From: Candidatus Latescibacterota bacterium
GTDB lineage: Bacteria; Latescibacterota; UBA2968; GCA-2709665
Direction: 5' to 3'
Assembly: GCA_965248435.1 (NCBI GenBank)
Contig: OZ252100.1
Location: 1,472,001 to 1,536,000 of the forward strand
Length of the DNA: 64,000 nt
Shown: piece after piece, positions 55,927 through 64,000 of the stretch
How the letters are laid out: the number at the start of each line of letters is the position of its first letter
How positions within the stretch are numbered: position 1 is the first letter of the stretch
Position numbers and translations under genes: made by a program
The notes under the pieces: model-generated
What the model was told of the DNA's origin: nothing
Seen by the model: only the letters and a program-made list of their open reading frames with translations
Databases searched by the model: none

Positions 55927-58900
55927 CTACTTCAATAACATCATCTTCTTGACCTCCCCGAATCCTTCAGCCGCCATTCGAACGAAGTAGAGGCCGCTCG
56001 ACACCGAACGTCCGCCCGTATCCCGCCCGTCCCACTGGATTCGGTAATAACCGGCCTCCTGACGGCCCTCCATCAGCAGCCTCACTTCCTGACCCAGGAT
56101 GTTGTAGACCCTCAGGGTCACCTCGGATGCCTCGGGCAGTTGATAGGCGATCTGAGTCACCGGGTTGAACGGATTCGGAAAATTTTGATTCAACGCATAC
56201 GCATCCGGCAGCGCACGCACTTCCGCGGCGTGCGCCCCGACGAGCTCGCGAACCCGACCCAGACCGTCCGATATGAAGGCCTCGGCGATCTCTACACGAC
56301 CCCCCATCGTCTCATCCAGCAGACGGAACTTCAGGCGAACCAGGTCGCCTTCGCCCTGAAGCAGGCCATCCGCTGTGAAGACGTCGGAAAGGACGACCTC
56401 TCCATTCGTAGATGCGTCCTCGATGGCCACCCCGGTCGGGCCAGATCCATCTGTGAATAGTGATGAAGACTGAGCCTCTGCACCCAGCCAGGCCATTGCC
56501 GAAGGATCATAAGTCAACTTGAAGCTGAACCCACCCACCTCGTCAGCTTCATTCAGTCGAACGAGGAGGTCCACTTCTCCGGACTTCTCACTTTGTGTGG
56601 GGACCAGGTTGAGCTCGGCCTTCCCGTTCGGATTCTGAACCGCGGGTAAAACAGGCTTCGTCAACACGATATCCGAGACATTTTTGTTGAAGTTCAAAGA
56701 GAAAGCCACGAAGTCGAAGAAAGAGACGGTCCCGTCCCCGTCCAGATCTGCCCCATCGATAAACTGCGCGTCTCCCTGGGACGATAGGAACGAAGTCCCG
56801 AAACTCACGAAGTCCAGGAACCCGACAAATCCGTCTCCGTCTATGTCTCCGACGCGCACATCCGCGCCCGCTTTACCGATTACCGCAGTGGCGCCACCCG
56901 AGCCGATGTCTAGGAACACCTGATCGGCGCCGATCGCAAACTGCCCGGAGACAATCGTGATACTGGTCTCCTCAGCCGCCAGGAGGTTGAGTGTGAGCGT
57001 GCCCAGACTGCCCGAATCCTTCGTCGCTACATCTGTGCCCAGGAACACGACAGCCAGCGTGACCACCCCGTCATCAGTCACCGGAATGGCCGCCGCTCCT
57101 TCGAATACGTCCGCAGGTTCGAAATCGTCAAATTCCACCAGAGCCGGATCGTGCTCCAAGGTGACCTGAAAACCCGAGGCTCCGAGAATGCCCTCCGTGA
57201 CAGCCAGATCAAGGGTTATTGTTTCACCCACCTCCAGGGCGGCCGATACTCGGCGCTGTCCCTGGTCGCCCGATGTGAGGTCACCGTCCAGGACGACCGG
57301 TCCTTCGGGCGGCTCCGGGGCCTCGACTTCGACCAGGGCAGAGCTCGCGCCCTCGGTCGACACCCTGACGGACACTGTCCCAGTCCCGGTCGCTGCAAGG
57401 GTCGCCTTCGCTTTCCCTCCGGAGGCCGTCAGGGTGACCGACTCCTCGCCGTTGACCGTGGCGTCTCCACCCGACACGACGAACGTGACGTCGGAACTGT
57501 TGTCGTCCGTGAACGGGAGGCCTTCCAGATCGAGCAGTTCGGCAGTGAGGATCGCCTCCTCGATGCCATCTGCTGCGATCGATTCCACGTCGCTGCTCAC
57601 GATGATCTGTTTCGTGGCCGCCTCACCTTCGATCTGGGCGGTCACGTTGGGTTGCAGGGTCTGAGTGCCCGCGCTGCTTTCCAGAACGAGCTGTGTCACC
57701 ACAATATCAGTCGTGCCGGAGAATCCCTCGTTCACCCTGAACGTGAAGAAACCCACGGGCCCCTTGCCCGACACCATCTGGTCCTCCGACGCACCCAGGA
57801 TCACGGCCGACAAGTTGAAAAAGCCCCCGCTGACCGTGGGAATCGACAGCACGAACCCTTCGTTCTGCTCCAGCAGGTGGGGCTCACCCTCTTGATTGAG
57901 CACCGCATCCACAAACGTCACTGCCGTCGGATCGGTTTCGAGCAGCAGATCGACCCCGAACAGGCCCTCCGGACCCTCGAGATAGACCGCCACCGTGAAT
58001 TCACCTCCGGGTTCACCCTGAACGAAGTCCAGTCCCTGGTCATCCAGTGTCGCATCCAGATCGATCGTGACCGGAGAGGCTGCCGCCGAGATCAACTCTA
58101 CTTCCTCGACCTCATCCACTTCCTCCGGTTGAACCACACCAATCGCAATTCCACTCACCGAGTCCCCTGCGGTCACCCCTATCACATCTGGAGCACCATC
58201 ACCATCCGTATCAAGGAAACCGCTGGTTGAGCCGGTGGTCGTCTCGGCTGTGACAAAGAGCGTGTAGTCTCCTTCCGGAAGATCCGTGATCGTGAAACTG
58301 CCGTCCTCCTCGATGCTAGACTGTCCCTCCCGCTCGCCATCGGCGTCCACGGCGATCACTTCCCCGGAGAGACCGACTTCCGACCAATCGACCGTCGCCT
58401 GCTTGGTCGCGGCTGGCTGCGTCGCACCCAATCCCGTAACGTCGATCGTCCCGGTGATGCTGCCCAGCAGCGCCAGTGTCCCGCCGGTGGAGAACTTTGA
58501 AGAGATCGGGCGCGTGAGCGCCTGATTCCTTTCGCCCACCGCACTCACGACCCTGAGCGAGTAAGTCGTTTCACCCGCGATCTCCGCGGGAAAGGCCACG
58601 GTTACACCGTCATCCAGCAGCGTCCCACCCCTCAGGAGCCCCCCTCTGGGACCCGGCTTGAGGAATGCGGTCACGTGGACGAACTCGCCCGACACCTTGA
58701 TCGGTTCCGTGAACGTAATCAGGACTTCACTCGTCACCTCGGGATCCACGCCGGTCTCGCCGTCTGCGGGAACAGTAGACGCCACCGTGAGCCGCTTCGG
58801 TTTGGCCCTGATCAGGAAGGACGCCCTGTCTTCGAGGCCTCGTATCGACGGCACCTGCACCCGGATCTTGTGCCTTCCGGTCCGGAGGTTATTCACGATT

Positions 58901-61815
58901 TCGCCAGAGTTGACTTCCTCAGGTTGAAACTTGTCGAGGAACACCGTCACGGGCAGTGCAAGTTCGACGTCGTCCTGGTCGAGCACCGTAATCAGGATAT
59001 CGTCTGCCGATCCCTCTCCGTCGAAGTCACCGACCTCCACCTGAAGGCTGATCGCGTCGATCGTCTTGATCACCAGGATGCGGAGGGCAGTTCGAACCTC
59101 TCCGGTCTGCTCCCCGTCTACGATCACGCGCTTCCCTTCCAGGTCCTCGAGGTTCTCTATGACGTCTCCCTGAATCTCCAGGCCCTCCGGCACGAAAATC
59201 GGCAGGGGCGGTGCGAACACCAGCTGCAGCCCACCGTCTTCCCCCACCTCGATCGTCACATCAGCACCCGAGATCAGCCGTTCGTCCTTCTTGATGTTCT
59301 TCTTACGGCTGGGATCGAGAATCTGAAGTTGCCGAATGCTGCCATCGAACTTGCTGAGCTTGACCACGACCTGCAAGTCCGACCTTTCGTTCAACAGGTC
59401 ATTGAACCTCTCGAAGGAAACGCGTCTTCCCCGCTCGTTCCCAAACTTGGCCTTCCGATCGATCGGCACCGGGTCCGGAGACCCAAAGGTGATCGTCCGT
59501 TCCGCGATATCCACAGACGCAACGCGTCCCTGATCCCGGAACGGCCTTCCGCCCAGGATGCGGACGATGTCGGCAACAAAGGCAAGCTGTCGACCTTTTC
59601 GTGTGACCGTTCCCGAGACCTCAACGCGCGTGCCGCGCGTCAGGTCTTCAGCCGCAGCCTCGGATTCGTCTGCGAAGACGAGTTCTGTGAGCCGATTCAC
59701 TTGAACCGTCGGTTTCGGGAATGCACGAATCGCGTTGTCAAACTCGAGAATCTGCCGTGCGTCGATCAGACAGAGAAGCGAGCCTCCCTCTGACTCCGTT
59801 GTTTTCGAGGGATCAAAACAATCGAATTCTGGATCCTCCAGATCGCTGAGTGTCGTTCCATCCAGGAAGAACCCTTGATCCGGGTTGTCCGCCAGAAACT
59901 CCTTCAGCTCCGCGAGCGTCAAAACCGTTCCATCCGGCAGCGTGAACTCCGCATCAGGATCGAACGAGACCGGCTCGGGATTCTGGAAGCTCAGCCGACC
60001 GCCGAACCTGTCGAAGAGATCGATCTTGTCCGTGAACAGGAAATCTCCCTGGCGCACGCCTTCGAACAGGATGACGATCCGCGTTGCCTCCACCGTCAGC
60101 GGTTCTGTCTCCTCTCCGAACACGGCCACGAACAGCCCGTCTGTCGTATCCGAGAATTCCACATCCTCCGCATCTTCGAACTCTTCGAGCGCAACCGCCA
60201 CCTTTTTCCCCTTGGGCCGGTCTCTGCCGGAGTTCCCCTTACCTCGACTGATGTCTTGAGGAATAAGGACCCCTCCGTCATCCGGTCTCAGCGACTCCGA
60301 CTGACCTGCATCTCCCTTCACCCGGATCACTTCCGTTTCATCGCCGACCAGCACAGTCCAGGTCTCTTCAGTTCGCTGGTCCTCGACGAGCAGGACTCCG
60401 CCCTCTCGGTCCACATCGACGACGCGTCCTACGACCACCGGCGCCTCTGGTTCCTCTTGCCTGAAGATGACCACGCGCGCGGCGTCGACGGCACGCTCCT
60501 CGTTGCGCTCGCCGAAGACGCGAACATGATCTCCATCTAAAAGGTCGTCGAATGACGCGGATTGGTCTGCAATATTGCCGTCATTCTCATCCAGAGGCTC
60601 GATCCGAAGGAGGAACTCTGTCCCCTCGCTCACGATGACGAGAGTCGCAGACCTCTTCCCCTCCCGAACATTGAACGTCCCGGCATCCTGATCGACGTCC
60701 TCTACAACGCCAGACACGGCCGGGAATGCAAGTCCTGTCTGATCCTCCAGGGACCGGGTAATCAGGATGCGATCGGCCAGGATGGCCCCGGTCTCCGGAT
60801 CCAGCGGTCCATCTACCTTGACCTCGTCTCCGACCTTTAGGTCGGATAGCGTCGTACTCAACTCGACAGGTTCGTCTGAATCTAATTCCGGCTGAAAGAA
60901 CGCTTCCGTCGCGACCTTGGAGGGGCGATTTCCGCCCCCTGGATTGCTATTCCCGGAACCACCTCCTGGATTGTCATTCCCAGGACCGCCTCCGCCGGTT
61001 CCAGTATTCTTGTCCTTGTCCTTGTCCTTAGTATCGGTCCTGTCCGAACCCTTCAGCCGAACGAAGAACTGAGTGTGATCCTGGACGACGACCTCAACAA
61101 GCTCACCCTCCTCCGTCTCGACTGAAAACGTCGAATTCTCCAGGTCGATGGCCGCCACATTGCCCTCTGTGATCAGCCCTTCCTCGTCGTCATCTCCATC
61201 TTCACCATCTTCGTCCCCATCTGCGTCGTCCTCCGCCCCAAGCGCGGCACGCACATCGCTGAGGTTGACCGTCTCGTCATCCCCCGCGATATCGTTCAGC
61301 TCCTCCTGGTCCGCGTCCTCCAGACCTTCCAGAAAGCCGGCGATCTCCAGCTCCGCCTCCTCGTCGTCCCCGAGTTCCTCCGCCATCGCCTCCAATACCT
61401 CGCGAAGCGCGTCGGTCAGATTCTCCTCATCCTCTTCTCCATCTGTCCCCTCATCTCCATCGACTCCGTCTCCCTCGTCCTCCACTCCCAGAGCTTCTTG
61501 CACATCACTCAGATTCACGGTCCCGTCATCCCCCGCGATATCGTTCAGCTCTTCCTGGTCCGCTTCATCCAGACCGGTCAGAAAGTTGGCGATCTCAAGC
61601 TCAAGCTCCGCATCTTCACCCAACTCTTCCTCGATCGACTGCAACACGGCGCGAAGCGCGTCGCTCAACCCTCCTTCTTCAGAATCGTCAGACGTCTGCC
61701 CCAGGGCAACGCCGGTTGTGGTGGCGATAATTACCGTTCCCACGAAGGCGAATGTCAAAAGAGCCACCATAAGGAACAGAACGCTGGTTCGGCTGATGCA
61801 TTTCACTCGTGTCAT
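55927..61815 (-). CDS. Large acidic secreted/surface protein: DUF5666-like repeats, Ig-like domains, three cohesin-like domains, dockerin-like pair, C-terminal FlgD-Ig sorting domain
   Basis: Signal/TM N-terminus; repeats like DLKVGDEVKVDG...ADRI; cohesin-like F...L.YDP...GEGDL.....F; GDIDGDGFVGFLDF...DLDGDGTVSFFDF; LNQNFPNPFNP...WDGRD..G..VSSGLYF...KKMMLLK. Confidence 0.85.
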   Translation of the reverse strand: MTRVKCISRTSVLFLMVALLTFAFVGTVIIATTTGVALGQTSDDSEEGGLSDALRAVLQSIEEELGEDAELELEIANFLTGLDEADQEELNDIAGDDGTVNLSDVQEALGVEDEGDGVDGDEGTDGEEDEENLTDALREVLEAMAEELGDDEEAELEIAGFLEGLEDADQEELNDIAGDDETVNLSDVRAALGAEDDADGDEDGEDGDDDEEGLITEGNVAAIDLENSTFSVETEEGELVEVVVQDHTQFFVRLKGSDRTDTKDKDKDKNTGTGGGGPGNDNPGGGSGNSNPGGGNRPSKVATEAFFQPELDSDEPVELSTTLSDLKVGDEVKVDGPLDPETGAILADRILITRSLEDQTGLAFPAVSGVVEDVDQDAGTFNVREGKRSATLVIVSEGTEFLLRIEPLDENDGNIADQSASFDDLLDGDHVRVFGERNEERAVDAARVVIFRQEEPEAPVVVGRVVDVDREGGVLLVEDQRTEETWTVLVGDETEVIRVKGDAGQSESLRPDDGGVLIPQDISRGKGNSGRDRPKGKKVAVALEEFEDAEDVEFSDTTDGLFVAVFGEETEPLTVEATRIVILFEGVRQGDFLFTDKIDLFDRFGGRLSFQNPEPVSFDPDAEFTLPDGTVLTLAELKEFLADNPDQGFFLDGTTLSDLEDPEFDCFDPSKTTESEGGSLLCLIDARQILEFDNAIRAFPKPTVQVNRLTELVFADESEAAAEDLTRGTRVEVSGTVTRKGRQLAFVADIVRILGGRPFRDQGRVASVDIAERTITFGSPDPVPIDRKAKFGNERGRRVSFERFNDLLNERSDLQVVVKLSKFDGSIRQLQILDPSRKKNIKKDERLISGADVTIEVGEDGGLQLVFAPPLPIFVPEGLEIQGDVIENLEDLEGKRVIVDGEQTGEVRTALRILVIKTIDAISLQVEVGDFDGEGSADDILITVLDQDDVELALPVTVFLDKFQPEEVNSGEIVNNLRTGRHKIRVQVPSIRGLEDRASFLIRAKPKRLTVASTVPADGETGVDPEVTSEVLITFTEPIKVSGEFVHVTAFLKPGPRGGLLRGGTLLDDGVTVAFPAEIAGETTYSLRVVSAVGERNQALTRPISSKFSTGGTLALLGSITGTIDVTGLGATQPAATKQATVDWSEVGLSGEVIAVDADGEREGQSSIEEDGSFTITDLPEGDYTLFVTAETTTGSTSGFLDTDGDGAPDVIGVTAGDSVSGIAIGVVQPEEVDEVEEVELISAAASPVTIDLDATLDDQGLDFVQGEPGGEFTVAVYLEGPEGLFGVDLLLETDPTAVTFVDAVLNQEGEPHLLEQNEGFVLSIPTVSGGFFNLSAVILGASEDQMVSGKGPVGFFTFRVNEGFSGTTDIVVTQLVLESSAGTQTLQPNVTAQIEGEAATKQIIVSSDVESIAADGIEEAILTAELLDLEGLPFTDDNSSDVTFVVSGGDATVNGEESVTLTASGGKAKATLAATGTGTVSVRVSTEGASSALVEVEAPEPPEGPVVLDGDLTSGDQGQRRVSAALEVGETITLDLAVTEGILGASGFQVTLEHDPALVEFDDFEPADVFEGAAAIPVTDDGVVTLAVVFLGTDVATKDSGSLGTLTLNLLAAEETSITIVSGQFAIGADQVFLDIGSGGATAVIGKAGADVRVGDIDGDGFVGFLDFVSFGTSFLSSQGDAQFIDGADLDGDGTVSFFDFVAFSLNFNKNVSDIVLTKPVLPAVQNPNGKAELNLVPTQSEKSGEVDLLVRLNEADEVGGFSFKLTYDPSAMAWLGAEAQSSSLFTDGSGPTGVAIEDASTNGEVVLSDVFTADGLLQGEGDLVRLKFRLLDETMGGRVEIAEAFISDGLGRVRELVGAHAAEVRALPDAYALNQNFPNPFNPVTQIAYQLPEASEVTLRVYNILGQEVRLLMEGRQEAGYYRIQWDGRDTGGRSVSSGLYFVRMAAEGFGEVKKMMLLK

Positions 61816-61954
61816 GACAAAATCTCCCCCGAGACTTGTGTTAAAAGAAACGTCTCACAAACAATAAAAATAAACCATTTCTATCGAAACTCCAGCGATT
61901 TCCAAATCGATCCGACGCCGCTTCACACAATTCCGTCTCCACGTCATCGCAGCG

Positions 61955-62815
61955 TCACCCGATCAGCGAATTGAGTTCTCTTCTATTCTGCGGATGCCGC
62001 AGCTTGTGCAGCGCCTTTTCCTTGATCTGCCGCACCCGCTCCTTCGTCACCCCCAGCTGTTTCGCGATCTCGGTGAGTGTAACGGGCTGCTCTTGATCCA
62101 GACCGAAGTTGAGTCTCAGTACCTGCGCCTCACGATCCTCGAGCGCATCCAGCAGCCTCCCGAGCTGTAGACGGTCCGTCTCTTCTTCAAGTCGGGCGTC
62201 AGGTGCAGGCTGATCGGCATCAGGCAGCAGGTGGAGCAGACTCTCATCTTCATCGTGGAGTGACGCGTCCAAAGACTTCACACCCTGGGCACGCACCAGG
62301 GTATCTCGAACGATGTCCGGTGACACACCCAGTCCTTCGGCGATCGTCTCCGTCTCCGGTTCCTCTCCCCGGCGCTGATTCAGCTTCCGCGTCAGGTCCG
62401 AAATCCGGTGCAGCAGCTTCAGCCGATTGACGGGCAGCCGAACGAGCCTCGTCTCGCCCATCAGACTCTCGCGGATCGCTCGTCTGATCCACCAGGCCGC
62501 ATACGTCACGAACTTGAATCCCTTGCGGCCGTCAAAGCGCTCCGCGGCGGTCATCAGGCCAACGTTCCCGGCGCTGATCAGATCCTCGAGCGCCATGCCC
62601 CGGCCCCGATATTCCCCGGCCAGCTTGACGACGAACTTCAGATTCGCCCCGACAAGCTTGTTTCTGGCCTTTCGATTCCCGCTGCGAATCGGCTGTGTCA
62701 GCTCGACCTCCTCTTCCGAAGAAAGCGGCCGTGAAGACGCGATATCCCGAAAGTAAAGGCCCAGCGACCCACTTTCACCAATCATTGCCCCGGCCATCTT
62801 GATCCCCCCCGACAT
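61955..62815 (-). CDS. Sigma-70 family RNA polymerase sigma factor (RpoD/RpoS-like, lacking region 1.1)
   Basis: ANLKFVVKLA, DLISAGNVGL, FKFVTYAAWWIR, VRLPVN, TKERVRQIKEKAL. Confidence 0.95.
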   Translation of the reverse strand: MSGGIKMAGAMIGESGSLGLYFRDIASSRPLSSEEEVELTQPIRSGNRKARNKLVGANLKFVVKLAGEYRGRGMALEDLISAGNVGLMTAAERFDGRKGFKFVTYAAWWIRRAIRESLMGETRLVRLPVNRLKLLHRISDLTRKLNQRRGEEPETETIAEGLGVSPDIVRDTLVRAQGVKSLDASLHDEDESLLHLLPDADQPAPDARLEEETDRLQLGRLLDALEDREAQVLRLNFGLDQEQPVTLTEIAKQLGVTKERVRQIKEKALHKLRHPQNRRELNSLIG

Positions 62816-63055
62816 TGAGATTTATGAATGGGTGACAGAGTTTTCCATTCTCTCAGAATATCGACAAATCCGCTGGAAAATGATGTAAGTCAGGTCACCC
62901 TCTAAGCGTGACCTGGAACACGTGACGGGGCTCACATTACACGCGTAATGGGTTGATCGGAAGGGGATTATCACATTTGTATCGGCGGGTCGGCAGCGAT
63001 GCCAATCAAAATTTTTTTCGTCAAAGACGCAGTCATCTACAATCTCGGATACACG

Positions 63056-63087
63056 AAAAAAGGGGCACGTAGTACTACGCTGTGCCC
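63056..63087 (-). terminator. Probable intrinsic terminator
   Basis: GGGCAC...GTGCCC stem with an A tract on the plus strand (U tract on the minus strand). Confidence 0.55.
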
Positions 63088-63113
63088 GGTTTGCCGCTCA
63101 CCACCCAACATTT

Positions 63114-63170
63114 AAGTCCGCCCGGAGGGCGGACTTTGTGATGCTGCAGCGCGGGAATTCATTCCCGCGC
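63114..63170. repeat. Two REP-like palindromes
   Basis: AAGTCCGCCC-GGA-GGGCGGACTT and GCGCGGGAAT-TC-ATTCCCGCGC. Confidence 0.65.
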
Positions 63171-63276
63171 GAATCGGTCAAGTTTCTATATCCCCGATTT
63201 TCCGCGCGCTGGCGAACGACCCAACCCGAACCGATGCAGACACCAGCCGCAGCCCACCCCCGCGCATGACGTCGCC

Positions 63277-63305
63277 GTAGAGACGCCCCGCCGGGGCGTC
63301 TCTAC
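63277..63305. repeat. GTAG-family REP palindrome
   Basis: GTAGAGACGCCCC-GCC-GGGGCGTCTCTAC perfect 13-bp stem. Confidence 0.8.
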
Positions 63306-63365
63306 ACGAACCACGATCCACGGCTTTTACGGTAGCCGTGTTCTGGTTTTCCGGTACCCGGTCAT

Positions 63366-63782
63366 CTACTCTGCCATGGCCTTCTCGACAGCCTCGAGCA
63401 GCTCGGGTATCTTGAAGGGCTTGGAAAGAAAGTGATTGATATCGCTTTTTCGAAGCTGCTCTTTGATTGACTCATCCAGGTACGCTGAGATGACCAGCAC
63501 GGGTGTTTCCAGCTTCTGTTTCCGGAAGAGCTGGGAGATATCCTTCCCGTCCATTCCAGGCATACTCAGGTCGAGCGTAATCAGGTCAAACTCGCCGGAG
63601 AGGGCCTGGCCGATCGCACTCGCCAGAAAGGGCGAGACTTCGACCTCGTAGCCCGACCGAGTAAGGATGCTGTGAATTGCGGTCCGAATGCTCGCTTCAT
63701 CCTCGATGACCAGGATCTTCGCTTGTGGCACTTGTGATCTATCCAGACTTTTGAAAGGAGTTTCTTCGCAAGAAGCTCCCAT
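63366..63782 (-). CDS. Single-domain response regulator (CheY-like)
   Basis: ILVIEDE, LITLDLSMP, ISA, SKPF; true start may be downstream (GTG near 63731). Confidence 0.9.
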   Translation of the reverse strand: MGASCEETPFKSLDRSQVPQAKILVIEDEASIRTAIHSILTRSGYEVEVSPFLASAIGQALSGEFDLITLDLSMPGMDGKDISQLFRKQKLETPVLVISAYLDESIKEQLRKSDINHFLSKPFKIPELLEAVEKAMAE

Positions 63783-63898
63783 AATACGCGACAGGACTTC
63801 TCGTTTCGTCTATTTCGAACAAGATAAAAGCCGCGCGCCTGGGATGTCAAGCGCCAAGACGATCGTTCTCGGCGGTCCACGGCGCCGCGGACCGGGCT

Positions 63899-63936
63899 AA
63901 AAAAATAGCCGAGGCCTCAATGCTGAGGCCTCGGCT
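63899..63936 (-). terminator. Intrinsic terminator
   Basis: 13-bp stem AGCCGAGGCCTCA/TGAGGCCTCGGCT with a U tract on the minus strand. Confidence 0.8.
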
Positions 63937-63960
63937 CACATCTTCTAAATTCCTTAGGTT

Positions 63961-64000
63961 TTAGGGCACAATAACATCGAGGGCACCGTCCTTGTCACCC
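63961..64000 (-). CDS. 3' end of a CDS running in from beyond the window (partial)
   Basis: Reads ...GDKDGALDVIVP-stop, followed immediately by the terminator. Confidence 0.45.
   Translation of the reverse strand, partial: GDKDGALDVIVP

Overview
GC-rich bacterial chromosomal window, by inference from an FCB-superphylum organism, most plausibly Ca. Latescibacterota. The clues are a GWxTD protein, cohesin/dockerin-like modules and a C-terminal FlgD-Ig 'NxPNPFNP' sorting domain; no taxonomic search was run. Positions 1-32.7 kb hold 37 consecutive minus-strand genes, mostly small accessory enzymes (SAM methyltransferases, GNATs, VOC/glyoxalases, Nudix, SDRs, CPT-like and AadA-like proteins). Positions 33-48 kb are plus-strand genes: GT9, CbiX, MFS, a large secreted S8 protease with a dockerin-like tail, an orphan DNA methyltransferase, SDRs, a ThrC-like protein, LOG and an MBL hydrolase. 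Positions 48.5-64 kb hold an SH3/TPR membrane protein, prmA, dnaJ-grpE-hrcA (no dnaK), a membrane-anchored response regulator, a 1962-aa DUF5666/cohesin/dockerin surface protein, a sigma-70 paralog and a single-domain response regulator. No rRNA, tRNA, CRISPR, integrase or transposase was seen. The least explained signal is non-coding: three exactly 227-bp copies of a highly structured element with compensatory base changes, four copies of an octamer-periodic hairpin with a conserved 25-bp head and unique loops, and several further REP-like and heptamer repeat families. A dockerin-bearing protease plus a multi-cohesin scaffold-like protein also suggests a cellulosome-like proteolytic surface complex.
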